Below, one piece after another: positions 28,650-32,502 of a DNA stretch of 32,502 bases (position 1 is its first letter; the number at the start of each line of letters is the position of its first letter). The DNA comes from an uncultured Lentisphaerales bacterium (GTDB taxonomy: Bacteria > Verrucomicrobiota > Kiritimatiellia > RFP12 > UBA3636): NCBI GenBank assembly GCA_964405775.1, contig CAYOPG010000003.1, forward strand, positions 17,592-50,093. Direction: 5' to 3'. The translations under genes were made by a program, and so were the position numbers. The notes under the pieces were generated by a model. That model saw only the letters and a program-made list of their open reading frames with translations, was not told where the DNA came from and searched no databases.

Positions 28650-28679
28650 TTGCTTTTTTAGGTGCAAAAATGGTAGAAT
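28650..28679 (+). promoter_or_regulatory. Sigma70-like promoter for the ABC-F gene: -35 TTGCTT, 18-nt spacer, extended -10 TGGTAGAAT
   Basis: Hexamers read from the sequence. The -10 nonamer is identical to that of the uxaC promoter. Implies a 5' leader of about 80 nt. Confidence 0.4.
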
Positions 28680-28707
28680 TTTTGGCTTTCAATATGGAAG
28701 GTAGCTC

Positions 28708-28721
28708 CGCTACATGTAGCG
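28708..28721. promoter_or_regulatory. Perfect 14-bp palindrome CGCTACATGTAGCG in the ABC-F leader; candidate operator or RNA hairpin
   Basis: Read from the sequence. Lies between the predicted promoter and the ABC-F ATG. Confidence 0.35.
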
Positions 28722-28763
28722 CACGGCGGCTTTTTGCCGACGAATCAGTGAGGATGGTGTATT

Positions 28764-30329
28764 ATGGCTAGGTTTTTACGTTTTGAACATGTGTCTTTCG
28801 CTTATCCAGGCATGACTAAAATGCTGGTGACGGATTTGGACGCGCATTTTACGCTGGGTTGGACTGGCATAGTAGGGCCAAACGGCGCCGGCAAAACGAC
28901 TTTGTTGCAACTCGCGACCGGCGGCCTTGAGCCATCCAAAGGCACAATCCACCACCTCTCGACAAGCCGCTATGCCGTTCAGCGCACAGATTCGGCACCT
29001 GAGGGGATGGACGATTTCCGCATGGCCAAAGACCCCGAAGCAATTGTACTGAAGGACAAGCTGGGAATAAGGGATGATTGGTTCGACCGTTGGGGTACGC
29101 TCAGCCACGGTGAACGCAAACGCATGCAGATAGCCGTTGTGATGTGGGACAACCCGGAGGTGCTCGCCCTCGACGAACCCACAAACCATATCGACGCAGA
29201 CGCCCGCGACATGCTCATAGCCGCACTCAAGAGCTACAACGGCGTCGGACTCCTCGTCAGCCACGACAGAGAGCTCCTTGATTCTCTCTGCACGCAATGT
29301 CTTTTCATAAACCCCCCAACCGCCGTCTTGCGCCCCGGCGGCGTGACCGCGGGCATGGAACAAGACCGCCTCGAGCAGGTCGAAGCGCGCTCGCAGGACG
29401 AAAAAACCAAAAATGCCGCCCAGCGCCTCAAGAAAGCCGCGCAGAACCAGCTTGAACAAGCCGAACAGGCTTCCGCACGGAGCAAAAACAAGAAGTTTAA
29501 AAAGCTGGACAAAAACGATCACGACGGTCGCGAAAAACGCAACTTGGCCAAGTTGACCGGCAAGAACGCGCGCGGTGGATCTTCGCAAAGCGCGTCGCTA
29601 AGCAAACGCGCCGCCGAACTCGAAGCCTCGCGCGCTTCCATAAACATACGCAAGGAATACGAGATGGGGTTCTGGCTGGAGGAAAGCAAAACCTCAATGC
29701 GCAGCACCGTCCTATCTGTCCCCAAAGGCGAACTCCCGCTCGGCAATGGACGCAAACTCGTCTACCCGGAACTTATTGTTTCGCCGACCGATCGCATCGC
29801 GATCACCGGCGCAAACGGACTAGGGAAAAGCACGCTGCTGAAACGAATGCTCGGAAATGTCAATGTCCAGCCGGAACGCCTGATAACAATTCCGCAGGAA
29901 ATAACTGTGGAGGAGTCTAAGGCAATCCTTGAGGAGGTTAAAGCCCTGCCCAAAGACAAGCTCGGCCGTGTGATGACGTGCGTCAGCCGTTTGGGATCGC
30001 GTCCAGGACGCCTGCTGGAAAGTGAGCAGCCAAGCCCCGGAGAAATACGCAAATTGCTACTGGCATTGGGCGTCACCAGAGGTCCGCACTTGATCGTAAT
30101 GGACGAGCCCACCAACCACATGGACTTGCCCAGCATTGAATGTCTCGAGGGGGCTCTTTCCGCATGCCCTTGCGCGATGATACTTGTAAGCCACGACACG
30201 CGGTTCCTTGAGCCGCTTACCGATTACACCTGGCACCTGACGCTCGACTCCCCCACCCTCGTTAAACTCGTTCCGGGACGCCGAGACAGAGTGGACGAAC
30301 TCGATTTTACCGATTTCGATTTGTCGTAA
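28764..30329 (+). CDS. ABC-F-type soluble ATPase (two tandem ABC domains joined by a charged linker) with non-canonical signature motifs
   Basis: Walker A motifs GPNGAGKTT and GANGLGKST. Walker B motifs LALDEPTNHID and IVMDEPTNHMD. H-loop motifs VSHDRELLD and VSHDTRFLE. No TM domain. A roughly 100-aa Lys/Glu/Gln/Ala-rich linker. The signature motifs are LSHGE and PSPGE instead of LSGGE. Confidence 0.75.
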   Translation: MARFLRFEHVSFAYPGMTKMLVTDLDAHFTLGWTGIVGPNGAGKTTLLQLATGGLEPSKGTIHHLSTSRYAVQRTDSAPEGMDDFRMAKDPEAIVLKDKLGIRDDWFDRWGTLSHGERKRMQIAVVMWDNPEVLALDEPTNHIDADARDMLIAALKSYNGVGLLVSHDRELLDSLCTQCLFINPPTAVLRPGGVTAGMEQDRLEQVEARSQDEKTKNAAQRLKKAAQNQLEQAEQASARSKNKKFKKLDKNDHDGREKRNLAKLTGKNARGGSSQSASLSKRAAELEASRASINIRKEYEMGFWLEESKTSMRSTVLSVPKGELPLGNGRKLVYPELIVSPTDRIAITGANGLGKSTLLKRMLGNVNVQPERLITIPQEITVEESKAILEEVKALPKDKLGRVMTCVSRLGSRPGRLLESEQPSPGEIRKLLLALGVTRGPHLIVMDEPTNHMDLPSIECLEGALSACPCAMILVSHDTRFLEPLTDYTWHLTLDSPTLVKLVPGRRDRVDELDFTDFDLS

Positions 30330-30333
30330 ACCT

Positions 30334-30363
30334 TGACAGAACCGCTTGAATGTGGTGGAGTAT
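30334..30363 (+). promoter_or_regulatory. Candidate promoter for the OMP gene: perfect -35 TTGACA (30334-30339), weak -10 (GAGTAT about 18 nt downstream)
   Basis: Read from the sequence immediately after the ABC-F stop. The -10 hexamer is a poor match. Confidence 0.25.
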
Positions 30364-30437
30364 GCGGGGTGCCGCCATGTTTGAACAGCGGCATGTTCTT
30401 GATTACACCCCAAACAAACTAAAGGCAATTACGCATT

Positions 30438-30959
30438 ATGAAGAAATCAACGATTCTAGCGTTAATCGCGGCATCTACTATGATCGTGCCACGCTCTGGC
30501 GCAGTGTGGACGGATGCTGGAACCTGGTCAGCCGGCGGTTCGCTCATGATCGATTCGGATTCAATTCTCGGCACGGATATTCAATCCGATTTCTACTTGG
30601 GACAATACATCCAAGACTCCGTAATGGTCGGAGGTTATGTGAACATTGGGGACAATGACTTTATAACGCGTGTCTCAGGCGGCGCAACCTGCAAATTCCA
30701 TTTCTTTGACAATGGGCACAATCTCTTTTCCCCATACATTGGAGCTCAGCTAGGAGCCGCATACGCCGAGGCCGCGGATGATGACGCCTACGCACTGACG
30801 CTTGGCGGCTCATTGGGGCTTGACTATTTTCTCTCTCCACAGGTAGCGCTGAATGTATCGCTCAATGCGTCTGTGGCGTCGGACGATGTCTATACGGACG
30901 ACGAAGGGCTGACAGGCACCGACATCAACATCAGGGCGGGTCTCGGGTTTTTCTTCTGA
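30438..30959 (+). CDS. Small outer-membrane beta-barrel protein (OmpW/OmpA-like beta-barrel domain)
   Basis: Signal peptide MKKSTILALIAASTMIV. Alternating hydrophobic/Gly-rich beta-strand pattern. C-terminal GLGFFF ending in the aromatic residue typical of OMPs. Confidence 0.6.
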   Translation: MKKSTILALIAASTMIVPRSGAVWTDAGTWSAGGSLMIDSDSILGTDIQSDFYLGQYIQDSVMVGGYVNIGDNDFITRVSGGATCKFHFFDNGHNLFSPYIGAQLGAAYAEAADDDAYALTLGGSLGLDYFLSPQVALNVSLNASVASDDVYTDDEGLTGTDINIRAGLGFFF

Positions 30960-31016
30960 TCAGGCGATCCTCTTTAGTTTCAATACACAACAATTCAAAA
31001 GGACAATTAGAAAAAA

Positions 31017-32153
31017 ATGAAAAGCAAAGAAAAAGCTCGTAAATCCTACAGCATCGCCGTAATAGGAGGCGACGGCACCGGTCCGGAAGTGGCCGCCGAG
31101 GGTGTTAAAGTTCTGAAAGCGGCAGCGCGTAAGTTCTCCTTCTCGGTAAAGTTCAAGGATTACGATTTTGGCGGCGAGCGCTATCTCTCCACTGGCAAGA
31201 TAATCGACGACAATGAAGTTGAGACTCTGAAAAAGCACGACGCAATCTATCTGGGCGCTATTGGCCACCCAGACGTGAAACCCGGCATTCTGGAAAAAGG
31301 TCTCCTGCTAAAACTCCGCTTTGCACTCGACCAGTATATCAACCTGCGTCCCGTAAAACTTTTCCCCGGAGTGGAAACTCCCCTCAAAAACAAAGGCCCT
31401 GCGGATATCGACTACGTAGTCGTGCGGGAAAACAGCGGCGGCGCATACACCGGCTGTGGCGGCAACGTCATGACAGGCACACCCAACGAAGTTGCGACTC
31501 AGGAGATGATCTACACACGCTTTCAGGTCGAACGCTGCCTGCGTTACTCTTTCGACCTCGTCCGCAAACGCCACTCTAAGAAATCCCCTTGGCGCGGGCT
31601 GAAAGAGGAAGACATCAAGGCCGGTAAAATCGGACAGCTCACTCTCTGCGGCAAGACGAACGTGCTTACCTACGTGTTCGGTCTCTGGGAGCGCGCCTTC
31701 CACGAGATCGCCAAGGAATACCCCGACGTAAAGACGGACTATGCCCATGTCGACGCCACGACGATGTGGATGGTCAAGAACCCAGAGTGGTTCGACGTCA
31801 TCGTAACAGAAAACCTCTTTGGCGACATCATCACCGATCTCGGAGCCATGACCCAGGGAGGAATGGGCGTCGCCGCAGGCGGCAATATCAACCCCGGCGG
31901 GCTTAGCATGTTTGAGCCTATCGGCGGTTCCGCACCCAAATACACAGGACTCAACGCCATCAACCCGATAGCCGCGATCAGCGCTGGAGCGATGATGCTT
32001 GACACCCTCGGTGAAGCAAAGGCTGCGGCGGCCATCGAGGCGGCTGTCATGTCCGTGACCCAGCAGATGAAGAGTCAGGCTGCTGGCAAAATGGGTTTCT
32101 CCACAACCGAAGTCGGCGATTTGGTCGTCGCCGCGCTCAAAAAACAAAAATAA
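31017..32153 (+). CDS. Isocitrate/isopropylmalate dehydrogenase-family enzyme, tartrate dehydrogenase/D-malate dehydrogenase-like
   Basis: IAVIGGDGTGPEV N-terminus. YINLRPVKLFPGVETPLKNKGPADIDYVVVRENSGGAY aligns with the TtuC/LeuB core (DIDFYVVRENTEGEY). C-terminal NLFGDIITDLGA...GSAP...NPIAAISAGAMMLDTLG. Confidence 0.7.
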   Translation: MKSKEKARKSYSIAVIGGDGTGPEVAAEGVKVLKAAARKFSFSVKFKDYDFGGERYLSTGKIIDDNEVETLKKHDAIYLGAIGHPDVKPGILEKGLLLKLRFALDQYINLRPVKLFPGVETPLKNKGPADIDYVVVRENSGGAYTGCGGNVMTGTPNEVATQEMIYTRFQVERCLRYSFDLVRKRHSKKSPWRGLKEEDIKAGKIGQLTLCGKTNVLTYVFGLWERAFHEIAKEYPDVKTDYAHVDATTMWMVKNPEWFDVIVTENLFGDIITDLGAMTQGGMGVAAGGNINPGGLSMFEPIGGSAPKYTGLNAINPIAAISAGAMMLDTLGEAKAAAAIEAAVMSVTQQMKSQAAGKMGFSTTEVGDLVVAALKKQK

Positions 32154-32502
32154 AAGACCGCACCACCAAGTCTGGGGCGTTCACGCTCGTGGAAGTTCTG
32201 ATCGCGATGGCGATCGGCGTTGCGGTTCTTATCCCTGCGCTTGGTGTCTTCTCGATCGTGGTGCGAGGCGCGGCGGAATCAACCGCCGCGCTCCGGGCCC
32301 GGACTGCGGCGGATATTTCCACAACGTCTGCTGCGGCCGCTATCCGCGCCGGCGCAGAAGTGCCGGGATTGCGGAGTGTCGAGGCGGATTCTTATCACTT
32401 GGTGATCCGTTCGTGGCAGAGTGGAGACTCTGCCACAAACCGCGTGGAGGCGGTGGCAACGGCTGGGGACGGCTCGCAACGCAGCGCGTCCCTTATTCTT
32501 TT
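32150..32502 (+). CDS. Prepilin-type N-terminal cleavage/methylation-domain protein (type IV pilin / T2SS pseudopilin-like); partial, and no canonical start codon found
   Basis: The frame reads IKDRTTKSGAFTLVEVLIAMAIGVAVLIPALGVF..., containing the G-F-T-L-[IV]-E motif and a hydrophobic helix. It stays open to the window end. There is no in-frame ATG/GTG/TTG between the upstream stop (32151-32153) and the motif. ATA at 32150-32152 sits where the Met would be. Confidence 0.45.
   Translation, partial: MKDRTTKSGAFTLVEVLIAMAIGVAVLIPALGVFSIVVRGAAESTAALRARTAADISTTSAAAAIRAGAEVPGLRSVEADSYHLVIRSWQSGDSATNRVEAVATAGDGSQRSASLIL

Noticed and set aside
1-32502. Scan for tRNA/rRNA/tmRNA, insertion sequences, integrases, toxin-antitoxin pairs and known phage-defence genes
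   Set aside because: No tRNA-like T-arm/acceptor signatures, rRNA blocks, transposase/integrase motifs or recognisable defence-system proteins were seen. The window looks like core chromosome plus a glycan-utilisation region rather than a mobile island.

Overview
32.5 kb window with about 57% GC, densely coding. From gene content it looks like a PVC-superphylum-type bacterium (Verrucomicrobia / Lentisphaerae / Kiritimatiellae-like): many carbohydrate-active enzymes, TPR and prenyltransferase-repeat proteins, and a prepilin-type N-terminal motif at the 3' edge. This lineage guess is inference only. Left third, mostly housekeeping: glucuronate isomerase (uxaC), ribosome silencing factor RsfS with a Lys/Ala/Pro-rich basic tail, an LpxL/HtrB-family lipid A acyltransferase, S-adenosylhomocysteine hydrolase (ahcY), and a convergent rpoZ-smpB-ribF operon. 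Then an alpha/beta-hydrolase (esterase-like) gene and an NfeD-flotillin (SPFH) operon with a near-consensus sigma70 promoter. The central 16 kb is one long co-directional minus-strand block. In order: two tandem GT4 glycosyltransferases, a small low-GC hypothetical, a membrane-anchored prenyltransferase/squalene-oxidase-repeat protein, a sialate O-acetylesterase-like SGNH esterase, a TPR lipoprotein followed by ExbB-ExbD-TonB/TolA-like energy-transduction genes, a GH42 beta-galactosidase interrupted by one in-frame TAG, a 724-aa uncharacterised putative glycoside-hydrolase-like protein, and a GH5 hydrolase. Right end: a divergent two-domain ABC-F ATPase with degenerate signature motifs and a structured leader, a small outer-membrane beta-barrel protein, a tartrate/isopropylmalate dehydrogenase-family gene, and a truncated prepilin-like ORF lacking a canonical start. 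No rRNA, tRNA, CRISPR array or transposase was seen. I found no clear-cut novel multi-gene system. The best candidates for follow-up are the interrupted GH42, the unassigned 724-aa protein inside the glycan-degradation block, the TonB-topology prenyltransferase-repeat protein, and the divergent ABC-F with its leader. A recurring promoter architecture (TTGnnn-N18-TGGTAnAnT) is visible at three sites.
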